A model generated the notes under the pieces. The model had not been told where the DNA came from. It saw nothing but the letters and a program-made list of their open reading frames with translations, and did no database searches. A program made the position numbers and the translations under genes. From NCBI GenBank assembly GCA_963609805.1, contig CAVDLN010000003.1:1-49386 (forward strand): 49,386 nt of DNA. The letters run 5' to 3'. Origin of the DNA: Erysipelotrichaceae bacterium (lineage in GTDB: Bacteria > Bacillota > Clostridia > Oscillospirales > CAG-272). Below are positions 35,451-44,868 of this stretch, one piece after another. Position 1 is the stretch's first letter. Each line of letters opens with the position of its first letter.

Positions 35451-36644
35451 ATGACTTTCGAACACGACGATACTAACTCGTCAGGCGTAAAAATCAAGGT
35501 GATCGGTGTCGGCGGAGGCGGAAACAACGCCGTAAACCGCATGATCAACTCCAACATCAAGGGTGTGGAATTCGTCGCCATCAATACCGACGCACAGGTA
35601 CTGAAAAAGTCCGATGCCACCATCAAGCTTCCCATCGGTCAGAAGCTGACCAACGGGTTCGGAGCGGGCGCAAATCCGCAGATCGGCGCGCGCGCGGCCG
35701 AGGAGTCCATTGACGAGATCAAGAAGATTCTGGAAGATGCCGATATGGTGTTTGTCACTGCCGGAATGGGCGGCGGCACGGGAACCGGAGCGGCTCCCGT
35801 TGTGGCACGGCTTGCACGGGAGGCCGGCGCGCTGACAGTCGGTATCGTCACGAAGCCGTTCAAATTCGAGGGCAAGCGCCGCGTGTCGCAGGCGGAGGCA
35901 GGCATCAAGGAATTGAGCCAGTACGTGGATTCGCTGGTGGTTATCCCCAACGACTGTCTCTGCGAAATGCCCGATACGCCCCGCATCACCATGCAGAATG
36001 CCTTTGAGATCGCGGACGGTGTCCTGTCGCAGGGCACCCGCAGCATTTCCGACCTCATCAATGTACCCAGCTTCATCAACCTTGACTTCGCGGATGTATC
36101 CTCCGTTATGAAGGATGCCGGCTACGCGCATATGGGTGTCGGTGTCGGCACCGGCAAGGACAAGGCAGAGAATGCGGCGCGCAGCGCCATTACAAGCCCG
36201 CTGCTGGAGACCTCCATTACGGGCGCTCACGGTGTGCTGATCAGCGTGGTGGCTCCTCCGGATGTCAGCCTGGCGGATGTGCAGATCGCATCCACCATGA
36301 TTTCGGAGCAGGCAGCCCCCGACGCAAACGTCATCTGGGGTGTCAACTTCGACGAGGAGATGGATGATACCATGCGTGTCACCATCATTGCCACGGGCTT
36401 TGACAAGAGGGACGGCACGGCAGCTCCCGCTCCCGCAGCCGAGCCTGCGTCCGATCCCGCACCCGCAGCAGAGACCGATTCCGTCGTCGGACAGAAGAAG
36501 GAGTCCGCTCCCGACGGGAATACCGCGCGGCAGGATACGGCGGCGGCCGGCAAGAAGACCGACGGTGCGGCAGGCAGGACCGCTGTGAGCAACAAGCTGT
36601 CCCAACTGGGCGACGAGCTGAACATGCTGAAGGGAATCCGGTAA
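35451..36644 (+). CDS. ftsZ: Cell division GTPase FtsZ
   Basis: [13 protein letters not shown] and [13 protein letters not shown] tubulin-signature motifs. Confidence 0.95.
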   Translation: MTFEHDDTNSSGVKIKVIGVGGGGNNAVNRMINSNIKGVEFVAINTDAQVLKKSDATIKLPIGQKLTNGFGAGANPQIGARAAEESIDEIKKILEDADMVFVTAGMGGGTGTGAAPVVARLAREAGALTVGIVTKPFKFEGKRRVSQAEAGIKELSQYVDSLVVIPNDCLCEMPDTPRITMQNAFEIADGVLSQGTRSISDLINVPSFINLDFADVSSVMKDAGYAHMGVGVGTGKDKAENAARSAITSPLLETSITGAHGVLISVVAPPDVSLADVQIASTMISEQAAPDANVIWGVNFDEEMDDTMRVTIIATGFDKRDGTAAPAPAAEPASDPAPAAETDSVVGQKKESAPDGNTARQDTAAAGKKTDGAAGRTAVSNKLSQLGDELNMLKGIR

Positions 36645-36721
36645 GAGAGTTAGAATTTAGATATTCAGATTATGAAGTGATTCCGCACGGGAACCGGGTA
36701 TAGCCGTGTTCCCGAAAAAAG

Positions 36722-36777
36722 AACCCCCGTGAGGGATCGGTTCGCCGGATGGCGAAGCGAACCCTCGCGGGGGTTTT
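36722..36777 (+). terminator. Long hairpin terminator after ftsZ
   Basis: aacccccgtgagggatcggttcgcc-ggat-ggcgaagcgaaccctcgcgggggtt followed by ttg. The stem is imperfect and long. Confidence 0.6.
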
Positions 36778-36812
36778 GCGTCCGGGCGACCTGCCGTGCC
36801 CCGGCAGGGCTG

Positions 36813-37131
36813 CACAGTGAACAGTTCACAGTGAACAGTTCACAGTGAACAGCTCACAGTGAACAGCTCACAGTGAACAGTTCACAGTGAACAGCTCACA
36901 GTGAACAGCTCACAGTGAACAGTTCACAGTGAACAGCTCACAGTGAACAGCTCACAGTGAACAGTTCACAGTGAACAGCTCACAGTGAACAGCTCACAGT
37001 GAACAGTTCACAGTGAACAGCTCACAGTGAACAGCTCACAGTGAACAGCTCACAGTGAACAGCTCACAGTGAACAGCTCACAGTGAACAGCTCACAGTGA
37101 ACAGCTCACAGTGAACAGCTCACAGTGAACC
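36813..37131. repeat. 14-bp tandem minisatellite: 22 full copies plus one partial copy of cacagtgaacag[t/c]t
   Basis: Counted unit by unit. The variant order is T T C C T C C T C C T C C T C C C C C C C C, then a truncated unit. TGA occurs in all three frames of the plus strand. Confidence 0.95.
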
Positions 37132-37182
37132 TGTACAACCGTTCACCGCGTACGCGAAAAAACGTCTTTTTGTATAAATAAC

Positions 37183-37211
37183 TTGACAGAAAAGCCGGCA
37201 CATGCTATAAT
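37183..37211 (+). promoter_or_regulatory. Consensus sigma-A promoter for the sugar-phosphate isomerase / GH13 operon
   Basis: TTGACA, 17-nt spacer, TATAAT, starting 52 nt downstream of the minisatellite. Confidence 0.7.
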
Positions 37212-37281
37212 AATTGTGTATGAGCGGAATATTCCGCTGTATAAGAGCTTCAAATATACGCAAATAAAAGGAGTGATTTCT

Positions 37282-38109
37282 ATGTTGCAGACAATGTTGC
37301 CGATAGCCCTTCAGCTGTATTCCGTGCGTGACGATGCCGCAGCAGATCTGCGGGGTACGCTGCAGAAGATCAAGGAAATGGGGTACGACGGTGTTGAATT
37401 CGCCGGACTGTACGGGCATTCCGCAGAGGAAATCAAGACGCTGTGCGGGGAGATCGGACTTGTGCCCCTGTCGGCGCATGTTCCGTATGACGAAATGGTG
37501 GCGGATCCGGAGGGTGTGCTGGGACAGTACGCGGCTATCGGATGCCAATATGTGGCAATTCCGTACCTGATGCCGGAATACCGTCCCGGGACGCCGGGCT
37601 TCGCGGATGTTATCCGGAATGCCTCCGTGCTGGGGGAGGTTGCCAACCGTCTGGGCATGACCCTGCTGTACCACAATCACGATTTCGAGTTTCAGAAAAT
37701 CGACGGGAAGTACGCGCTGGAGGTGCTGTACGACACCGTGCCCGCCTCCCTGCTGAAGACGGAGCTTGACGTGTGCTGGGTGCGTGTCGGCGGTGAGGAT
37801 CCCGCCGCCTATGTCCGCAAGTACACGGGACGCGCGCCGGTTGTCCACCTCAAGGATTATGCCGGCGGAAAATCCGAGCACATGTATGAGCTGATCGGCA
37901 TTGCGTCCGAAGAGCATGCGCCGGAGGAGCATCCGTTTGAGTTCCGCCCCGTCGGATCCGGTGTGCAGGACATGCCCGCCATTATCGCGGCCGCCAACGA
38001 CGCCGGGGCGAAATGGCTGGTCGTCGAGCAGGATCAGCCCTCCATGGGACTGTCTCCGATGGAGTGCGCCCGCGTCAGCATTGAGTACCTGCGTGGACTC
38101 GGGGGGTAA
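37282..38109 (+). CDS. Sugar phosphate isomerase/epimerase (xylose isomerase-like TIM barrel)
   Basis: LQLYSVRDD...GYDGVEFAG...HNHDFEF...ELDVCW blocks typical of the AP_endonuc_2 / IolE-like fold. The ATG at 37282 follows AAAGGAG. Confidence 0.8.
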   Translation: MLQTMLPIALQLYSVRDDAAADLRGTLQKIKEMGYDGVEFAGLYGHSAEEIKTLCGEIGLVPLSAHVPYDEMVADPEGVLGQYAAIGCQYVAIPYLMPEYRPGTPGFADVIRNASVLGEVANRLGMTLLYHNHDFEFQKIDGKYALEVLYDTVPASLLKTELDVCWVRVGGEDPAAYVRKYTGRAPVVHLKDYAGGKSEHMYELIGIASEEHAPEEHPFEFRPVGSGVQDMPAIIAAANDAGAKWLVVEQDQPSMGLSPMECARVSIEYLRGLGG

Positions 38110-38114
38110 CTTTT

Positions 38115-40172
38115 ATGAAATACCACGGGTGGATGCCTGCGGCAGTATTGATGTCCGCGCTGCTGGCGCTGGGGCTTGCGGGTTGTTCGGACAATACCCC
38201 CGCCGCCTCCGGAAGCGCAGCGGAAAGCAGTACGGAAACAGAGGCGGACGCATCCGTCACGGAGACGGATGACGGGACGCCGACCGAAAGCCCCACAGAA
38301 ACCGAACCCGTATCGACGGTTCCGGAGGAAATGACCATGGAACCGACAGAGACCATAGCCGTTATTGCGGACGGCAAGACTTCCTATACGGTTATTCCGG
38401 GGGACGGTGCGGCGGACGCCTGCCGCGCCGAGCTGGACTGGCTGTATGCCGTCATGGATGAGAAGTACGGCACGCATCCCGCCGAGGCGGACAGTGCCTC
38501 CGGCAGCGGCAGCGTCATTACCCTTTCCCTTGAGGGAAACAGCCATGACTGGTCGGTTTCGGTGGATGCCGAAACCGGAAACATTGCGCTGCGCGGCGGA
38601 TCCGCCGCCGCTCTGGGGCAGGCCGTCCGCTACGTCGGAACGCAGTTCTGCGGTGCGGCAGACGGCAGCCTGACGGTTCCCGTGAACGGAAGCTATACCT
38701 ACACCTACGAGACGGACAAGATCGACAACAGCGGCTATCTCACCTATGAAGGGCGGGGCACGGCCGCACCCTCCGATGCGGAAGGGAAGCTTCTGTCGCC
38801 CGTATGGCTGGATACGGCCATTATGGTCGAAGTCCGGCTGGACACCGCCTCCATCGGCGGAACCTTCCGGGATTCCTATGACCTGATCGATTTTTACGCC
38901 GAGGCGGGCGTAAACGTCATCTGGCTTGACCCGATCTATCAGCGCGGGCCCGGCGGAAACGGCTACGGAAACGTGGGACTGCACACCGTGGAGCCTGCCC
39001 TGACGGGAACACAGGATATGGCGGAGGGCTGGGCTATTGTCAAGGATTTTGTGGAGTATGCACATTCCAAGGGCGTGTATATCCTGCTGGATATCGTTTC
39101 CTGGGGAACCATGAAGGGCGCACCGCTTGTCACGGAGCATCCGGAGTGGTTTGACGGGGAATCATGGGGCAATGCCGCATTTAACTGGAATTGCGACGAG
39201 TTCCGCGAGTGGTTTATCGCGCAGGCGGTTTACAACATAGAATACACCGGCGCGGACGGCTACCGCTGCGACTGCGAGCCGTTTACGGCCGGGTATGATG
39301 TGTATGCCGAGATCCGCAGCAGACTGAACCAAAAGGGCATTTATCCCCTGATCATGAGCGAGGACGGCGGCGAGCGGCAGAACGCCTTTGACTGCGAGCA
39401 GGACGGCGTGCTGGATTACACCTCCATGACGCGTGGGCAGCTCTACCAGCAGACGCAGGCAAATTTCTACGTGGACGGATACCTGTCCATGGTGTCGTCG
39501 GTGCAGAAGGGGCGCGGACTGGGCTCTGCCGCACAGCAGAACAAACGCCGCACGGCTGGTACTTACCGCTACTACACCAACTGCATTACCAATCACGATT
39601 ACGAGAACCGCAGCGTCTGCGGCAATCGGCTCAAGATCGGATATGCCGCCATCTACGCGCCTTTTATTCCCGTGTGGTATATGGGTGACGAATTCGGCGT
39701 ATCGGATAAAAACGCTGTCCTGTACAATGTGACGGTAGATTACAGTCAGATTGAAACCAACCCGGAGCAGGGACTGTTTTTTGAGGATGTCAAGCGTATG
39801 ATTGCCATCCGCAGGGCATATCCGGATATTTTCAACTACTTCCCGCTCAGCCATCGGGATTCCAATATCTGCAAGGTAACCGTCAACGGATTTACGGACA
39901 AAAAGACGGACAACTATGCCCGCTACATGGGCGGCAGAATGGTTATTGTGGTTGCCAATAACAAAGAGGAACAGACCGGTGTCTGCACGGTTGAAATTCC
40001 CTTCTCGGACGGCTTCACGCAGCAGTATTACAACTACCGCGTGACGGATCTGCTGACCGGACGCGTGGTCGCGGTCGGGCGCGCCGACACGGTGAACAAT
40101 TTTGCCGCAGTCGTGCCCTACGAGTATTGCGGAGTTTTCCTTGTGGAGGGGATTGACCCCATATCGGAATAA
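38115..40172 (+). CDS. Lipoprotein with an alpha-amylase-family (GH13-like) catalytic domain
   Basis: Lipobox LGLAGC and a T/E/S-rich linker. Blocks NVIWLDPIY, YILLDIVSWG, GADGYRCDCEP and WYMGDEFG resemble GH13 conserved regions. Confidence 0.6.
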   Translation: MKYHGWMPAAVLMSALLALGLAGCSDNTPAASGSAAESSTETEADASVTETDDGTPTESPTETEPVSTVPEEMTMEPTETIAVIADGKTSYTVIPGDGAADACRAELDWLYAVMDEKYGTHPAEADSASGSGSVITLSLEGNSHDWSVSVDAETGNIALRGGSAAALGQAVRYVGTQFCGAADGSLTVPVNGSYTYTYETDKIDNSGYLTYEGRGTAAPSDAEGKLLSPVWLDTAIMVEVRLDTASIGGTFRDSYDLIDFYAEAGVNVIWLDPIYQRGPGGNGYGNVGLHTVEPALTGTQDMAEGWAIVKDFVEYAHSKGVYILLDIVSWGTMKGAPLVTEHPEWFDGESWGNAAFNWNCDEFREWFIAQAVYNIEYTGADGYRCDCEPFTAGYDVYAEIRSRLNQKGIYPLIMSEDGGERQNAFDCEQDGVLDYTSMTRGQLYQQTQANFYVDGYLSMVSSVQKGRGLGSAAQQNKRRTAGTYRYYTNCITNHDYENRSVCGNRLKIGYAAIYAPFIPVWYMGDEFGVSDKNAVLYNVTVDYSQIETNPEQGLFFEDVKRMIAIRRAYPDIFNYFPLSHRDSNICKVTVNGFTDKKTDNYARYMGGRMVIVVANNKEEQTGVCTVEIPFSDGFTQQYYNYRVTDLLTGRVVAVGRADTVNNFAAVVPYEYCGVFLVEGIDPISE

Positions 40173-40204
40173 AGAGTTCCTCAAAAAGAACAGCGTTGTG
40201 ATGA

Positions 40205-40240
40205 CATGAAAGCAAACTTTCATGGAAGTTTGCTTTCATG
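40205..40240. terminator. Perfect 15-bp hairpin after the GH13 gene, with no clear U-tract
   Basis: catgaaagcaaactt-tcatgg-aagtttgctttcatg. Confidence 0.45.
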
Positions 40241-40306
40241 AAAGAAGCCTTTATTGTACCTTTCTTGTGGTGTTCCAAAAAATTCATATAAATCGGAGGT
40301 ATTGTT

Positions 40307-41089
40307 ATGAAAACCGGCGTTCGTTTTATCGCGACCATTTAGCAGCTGTTTTGCTTCAATTGTTTTCTCTTCCGATGAGTGTCACCGCACTGGAAGCATT
40401 GACTGACAGCTCCGTGCAAGAAAATCAGTGGGAACCCGCATTTGCATCGGCAGATGCCGAAGTGTTGTTCAAAACCGCAAAACGTGAGACGCAGGAAGTG
40501 TTCCTTGCAGACAGAACTGTAGCGTCACCGGGATTTCACTTTGTTGTCGGAGACAATCTGGATGTGGATGCCCTGTATACACACATCAATAATGTTCAGC
40601 ACGGTAGAAAGGACACGGTTACGCCTGCCGAAGCGAGCAATGACGTTACGCCTTCCGGTACGGGCAATAACGATTATTGGATTACATATGCCTGTGCATA
40701 TGTCATAATCAACAAAAGAGGTGATTGCGAATTTTTACTCGTTTGGCTATGATGATGAATTTACGGATGAGGACATTCAGGAGTTACTGAAGTTCCATAC
40801 ATCAGAAGCTTATGTAAACAAGTGGTTCACTGAATTTTCCAACGAACGGGTGGCACAATTTCCGGCAGAAACCGCTGAAATGGCAAAAACTTTGGGTGAA
40901 TCCGTCTCTGCTGAAAATGAGATCGAGGTTGCGGCGGAGAGCGGTCAGGGTTAGCATGCTCCGATTTCAGGAATTTCGGTTAGTCAAGCACAAACTACAG
41001 GGTTCAAGTATGGTTATTACCATCCCAACTCTTCTACTTCCGTCCGTCTTGTCGTCTACAAGTACACGCATAAAGTGGATGCACTATGA
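40307..41089 (+). pseudogene. Decayed gene for a secreted protein of unknown function, broken across frames
   Basis: GGAGG plus ATG at 40307 gives MKTGVRFIATI, then TAG. The signal-peptide-like continuation LAAVLLQLFSLPMSVTALEA lies in the next frame (ORF 40222..40752). The coding signal returns to the first frame at 40721..40954, ends at a TAG, and continues to the TGA at 41087..41089. Confidence 0.4.
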
Positions 41090-41652
41090 AAGCGCATACT
41101 ACAACTGACACCTCCATTAAAAAGCCGGTGCTGGTAACGTCGGTTCTCATCGTTACAGCTGTCACGGCTGTCTGTATTGCACTCCGGATACCTCATATCA
41201 TTCTGTGGTACACCTATTTTATCCCTTCATTGATACTTGTCACAGCCCGCTATTCGGCTGAAATGCGCGACAAGGCTTCCTTTTTGGGAAACTCTCTTCC
41301 GCTGGTCGTCATAGTCGGAACCCTGCTGTATTTCCCCTGCATGAATCTGTACCTTGCTTTCTACGATCTTATTCGCCCTGACAGTTTGGAAATTGACTAT
41401 CCCGCTTTGAGGTGGGCGTACCACCTGCTTGTCTGCATAATTCTCGTGCTGGTACTGATTCCGGTCTGCTTGCGCTGCAGGCATGCATGGAGTGCCTATG
41501 TGGTATGGGGTGTGCTGAATGTCGGCGCCGTGTTTCTGTACGAATTGCTCCCGCAGAGCACTTTCTCCCTGAGAGTTTTTTGCGGCGCAGCGTGCGCGGT
41601 TATTGCGCTGCTCTGTGTCCTGTCGGCAAAATGCCGGAGATGCAAATGCTGA
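41086..41652 (+). CDS. Polytopic membrane protein (5-6 TM) of unknown function
   Basis: Hydrophobic segments throughout and a Cys/Arg-rich C-terminus (KCRRCKC). Its ATG overlaps the upstream TGA (ATGA). Confidence 0.55.
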   Translation: MKAHTTTDTSIKKPVLVTSVLIVTAVTAVCIALRIPHIILWYTYFIPSLILVTARYSAEMRDKASFLGNSLPLVVIVGTLLYFPCMNLYLAFYDLIRPDSLEIDYPALRWAYHLLVCIILVLVLIPVCLRCRHAWSAYVVWGVLNVGAVFLYELLPQSTFSLRVFCGAACAVIALLCVLSAKCRRCKC

Positions 41653-41749
41653 CTGCCGCTGTCTGCGGGGACAGCTACCCATTTATTGATCTTTTGCAAA
41701 AAAGATATATAACCCTCAAAAAACAAATCATTCAAAGGAGACTACGGAT

Positions 41750-42922
41750 ATGGCAGAAAAAATGGATGCCAAACTGGACTACGCCAACCAGAAGGTTGAG
41801 CAGGTCGTTGATACCAAACGCAAGCTGCGCGTCGGTATCATCGGATGCGGCTGGATTGCAGGCGCACACATTGATTCCTACAAGAGAATGCCCGACGTCG
41901 AGCTGGTCGCGGGATGCGATCTGATTCCCGGCAAGGCTGCCGCCTTCTTCAAGAGCAACGGCGTGGAGGGCGCCAAGACGGATTACGCCTCCCACAAGGA
42001 AATGCTGGACGATGAGAGCCTGCATCTGGACGCCGTGTCCATCTGCACCTACAACCGTCAGCATGCCATCCCCGCTATTTACGCGCTGAGCAAGGGCGTG
42101 AATGTTCTGCTGGAGAAGCCCTTCACCGTCACGCTGGACGAGGCACTGGAGGTCATGAAGGCGGAAAAGGCGAGCGGCAAGGTGCTGTCCATCGGCTTCC
42201 AGCCCCGGCTTGATCCCAACATGCAGATGATCAAGAAAATCGTCGATTCCGGCGAGCTGGGCAAGATTTACTACATCCAGACCGGCGGCGGACGCCGCCG
42301 CGGCATTCCCACCCCGTTCCCGGAGGTTACCTTCATCCGTGACGAGACCGCCGGACTGGGCGCACTGGCAGACATCGGCTGCTACTCGCTGGATATGGTG
42401 CTCAACGCAATCGGATATCCGAAGCCGCTGTCCGTGACCGGCTACAAGAGCGATTTCTTCGGTAAGGATCCCAACACCTACCCGGATCATCCCGAGTATG
42501 CGCAGAAGTTCGGCGTAGATGATTTCGCCGCTGCGTTCATCCGTCTGGAGGGCGGCATCATTCTGGACTTCCGCATCGCGTGGGCCATGAACATCGACAC
42601 CCCCGGTGACACCATTATTCTGGGTACCAAGGGAGGTCTGCGCATTCCCTCTACCGACTGCTGGAACGGTACTGTCGGCGGTCCTATGACCATTTACAAG
42701 ACCATCGGCGGTGTCAACTACGAGACGCAGGTACCGATTATCAACGACGGCGGTCCTTCCCTGTTCGACCGCAAGATCCGCTCCTTCCTGGACGCCTGCA
42801 AGACGGGCGGAAAGGCTCCCGTTCCCTCCTCTCAGATTATCTACAACCAGGCTATTCTGGACGGCATTGCCCGCTCCGCAAAGCTGGGTCACGAGATCGA
42901 ACTGGAGATCCCGGAGATCTGA
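41750..42922 (+). CDS. Gfo/Idh/MocA-family oxidoreductase
   Basis: Rossmann motif VGIIGCGWIAGAH and EKP motif (VLLEKPF). AAAGGAG RBS. Confidence 0.85.
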   Translation: MAEKMDAKLDYANQKVEQVVDTKRKLRVGIIGCGWIAGAHIDSYKRMPDVELVAGCDLIPGKAAAFFKSNGVEGAKTDYASHKEMLDDESLHLDAVSICTYNRQHAIPAIYALSKGVNVLLEKPFTVTLDEALEVMKAEKASGKVLSIGFQPRLDPNMQMIKKIVDSGELGKIYYIQTGGGRRRGIPTPFPEVTFIRDETAGLGALADIGCYSLDMVLNAIGYPKPLSVTGYKSDFFGKDPNTYPDHPEYAQKFGVDDFAAAFIRLEGGIILDFRIAWAMNIDTPGDTIILGTKGGLRIPSTDCWNGTVGGPMTIYKTIGGVNYETQVPIINDGGPSLFDRKIRSFLDACKTGGKAPVPSSQIIYNQAILDGIARSAKLGHEIELEIPEI

Positions 42923-42940
42923 TATCCTCAAAGAAGAAAA

Positions 42941-42977
42941 AGGAATCCCGGCGCGAAAGCGTCGGGATTCCTTTTTC
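42941..42977 (+). terminator. Intrinsic terminator
   Basis: aggaatcccg...cgggattcct stem followed by ttttt. Confidence 0.75.
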
Positions 42978-43014
42978 TTTCAATCTGAAAGATGAAATTT
43001 CAACCTAAAAGATG

Positions 43015-43046
43015 AAAAAGGAGAGCCGGCTTATAGCCGACTCTCC
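43015..43046 (-). terminator. Intrinsic terminator of the surface-protein gene
   Basis: ggagagtcggct/agccggctctcc stem (one mismatch) followed by a T-run on the minus strand. Confidence 0.6.
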
Positions 43047-43071
43047 GCAAAGCAGGTCAAATCAATTCCGG

Positions 43072-44568
43072 TCAATGCTTTTTCCGAAGCGAGACGCCCA
43101 CACCCGCAAGAATCAGTGCGGCAACGCCCACTGCGGACGCGCCGACAACGGAGGCGCAGCCGGATTCCTTCTCGGTTTCCGTCGAGTCGGCAGTTGTCAC
43201 AGCGGTCGTATCGTCTGCAACCTCCTCGGTCTGCGTTTCGGTAGCAGCCTCGGTAGCGGTTTCCGTTTCCGTTTCCGTCTCGGTAACGGTGGCGTCATCG
43301 ATTGTTTCGATGGTTGCGGTTTCGTCGCTGTCACTGTCACCGCTCAGAGCCTTTGCCATGCTGTCGACCTTCGCCTGTGCGTCAGCGGTCAGGCCCGCGA
43401 CGAGAATGGCGTTCCGCAGTCCGGTATCGCTCTCCTGGCCGTCCGCAACAAACAGGATATCGTCAACAACCTGAATCCGAACGATGCAGGTTCCGTAGGG
43501 TTCCTCGTACTTGACGGTGGCGATCTCGCTCATATCGTCGTCATTGTAAACCTTGATGACTGTTCCGCTCTTGCTTCCGAGCAGGATGTATTTGCCGGCA
43601 TGGCAGATGGAATAAGCGTTGTCGTTCAGGTAGGAGGCTGCGCAGGCGGATCCGTCGGGCGCAATCTTCATGAGACCCTTCGAGCCGTTGTCAAATTTGA
43701 CGCACAGCCAGATGACGCCGTCGGAATCAACAGCCATGTAGTACCCTTCGTCCAGCTTGCCGACCTCGCCGACAACCTGGCAGTCGTCATCGGAGAAAAT
43801 AATGCAGCCGTTGGTGCCGAAGTCCTTGTTCAGAACGGGCTTGGAGGGATCGGTGACATCATAGCAGTACAGCGCGTCGTAGTCGTAGTTGAGCATCAGG
43901 TAGCAGTAGTACTTCTCACCGACCTTGGCGACTTCCACACCGTTGACGCCGACATGCAGACCGTTTGTATCGCCGGGCTTGTCGCCAAACTGGTACACGG
44001 GACCTTCCCAAAGTTCATCAAACGTTTTGGTTTCGTCGTTGATGTGAGCGATGCCCAGAGACACGAGGTTGTAGTTGGTGGAGAAAGCGAAACCGCAGTA
44101 GACGTTTCCTCTGTCGTCTGCCGCTATGCCTTTTGCATGGGAGAAAGGACCGACGTCAATGCTCTGATCCTGCTCCGAGTCATGGCGGTAATACACATCG
44201 GTAACGGTTCCGGTTGCGAAATCAAACAGAGCGCAGCCGCGGAAAGTCGTGCCGTTGAGGTGTCCCATCAGAGCGTACTTGCCGTCCGGCGTTACGCTGA
44301 AGCCTCTCATCGACCACTGGCAGTACTGAAGCTCTTCGCCGTCCATTTCGGGGACTTCCTTCCAGATGCCGTCGTAGTTTTCGTAGTCACTGTTCAGTTC
44401 GGAGAAGAAGTACTCTCCTTCCTGATACACAAGGGCCTTCAGTTCGATTTCGGACCAGGTGCTGTCGCTTACGCTGTCGCTCAGTGCGGAGGATGGAATT
44501 GTTGCGATACCCACCGTCAGCAGCATGGACAGACACAGCAGAATCGGGATAATCTTTTTCATGCTCAT
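43072..44568 (-). CDS. Secreted cell-surface protein: a probably beta-propeller-like globular region, a T/E-rich stalk, and a C-terminal Cys-containing membrane anchor
   Basis: Signal peptide MSMKKIIPILLCLSMLLTVGIATIPSSA. The stalk contains TVTETETETETATEAATETQTEE. The tail is ESGCASVVGASAVGVAALILAGVGVSLRKKH. The fold assignment is a guess. Confidence 0.65.
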   Translation of the reverse strand: MSMKKIIPILLCLSMLLTVGIATIPSSALSDSVSDSTWSEIELKALVYQEGEYFFSELNSDYENYDGIWKEVPEMDGEELQYCQWSMRGFSVTPDGKYALMGHLNGTTFRGCALFDFATGTVTDVYYRHDSEQDQSIDVGPFSHAKGIAADDRGNVYCGFAFSTNYNLVSLGIAHINDETKTFDELWEGPVYQFGDKPGDTNGLHVGVNGVEVAKVGEKYYCYLMLNYDYDALYCYDVTDPSKPVLNKDFGTNGCIIFSDDDCQVVGEVGKLDEGYYMAVDSDGVIWLCVKFDNGSKGLMKIAPDGSACAASYLNDNAYSICHAGKYILLGSKSGTVIKVYNDDDMSEIATVKYEEPYGTCIVRIQVVDDILFVADGQESDTGLRNAILVAGLTADAQAKVDSMAKALSGDSDSDETATIETIDDATVTETETETETATEAATETQTEEVADDTTAVTTADSTETEKESGCASVVGASAVGVAALILAGVGVSLRKKH

Positions 44569-44804
44569 GGATTGTTTCTTCCTTTCCGGTTTGCAGTTTC
44601 GGCAGGCCGTACGGGAGGACACCGTATGTCCCCGCGACGGAGCGGTCGCCTGTTCCGGCAGTGTATCATAGATATGTTACAAATCATAGGAAAAGTTAAG
44701 AACTTTTCGTGAACAAGCCACGAAAATACTCATTTTCTACAAAATTGTACAAAATCAGCAATGTGCTGTAGGTAAAAATGACGGTGAAATTGTGCGTCCG
44801 TTCG

Positions 44805-44846
44805 CAAAAAAACTCCCGCAGAACACATCGTCTGCGGGAGATTTTT
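44805..44846 (-). terminator. Intrinsic terminator of rpsT
   Basis: ctcccgcag/ctgcgggag stem with a T-run on the minus strand. Confidence 0.7.
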
Positions 44847-44868
44847 ATCGGGAAAATCGACGGTTCCC

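Noticed and set aside
35481-36605. 374-aa ORF on the minus strand
   Set aside because: Antisense to ftsZ, whose identity is unambiguous.
36813-37131. Possible CRISPR array
   Set aside because: The repeats are 14 bp and directly abutting with no spacers, and there are no cas genes in the window. It is a minisatellite, not a CRISPR array.
38034-40223. 368-aa and 353-aa ORFs on the minus strand
   Set aside because: Antisense to the GH13-like lipoprotein gene; shadow frames.
40340-40954. Stop-codon read-through or pyrrolysine decoding of the two in-frame TAG codons
   Set aside because: Reading through the first TAG hits a TGA 12 codons later, and the coding signal clearly moves to another frame. 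No pyl genes are visible. Frameshift decay or sequencing error is the simpler explanation.
43012-44712. 566-aa ORF on the plus strand
   Set aside because: Antisense to the surface-protein gene. That gene has a signal peptide, a coherent domain layout and its own terminator.
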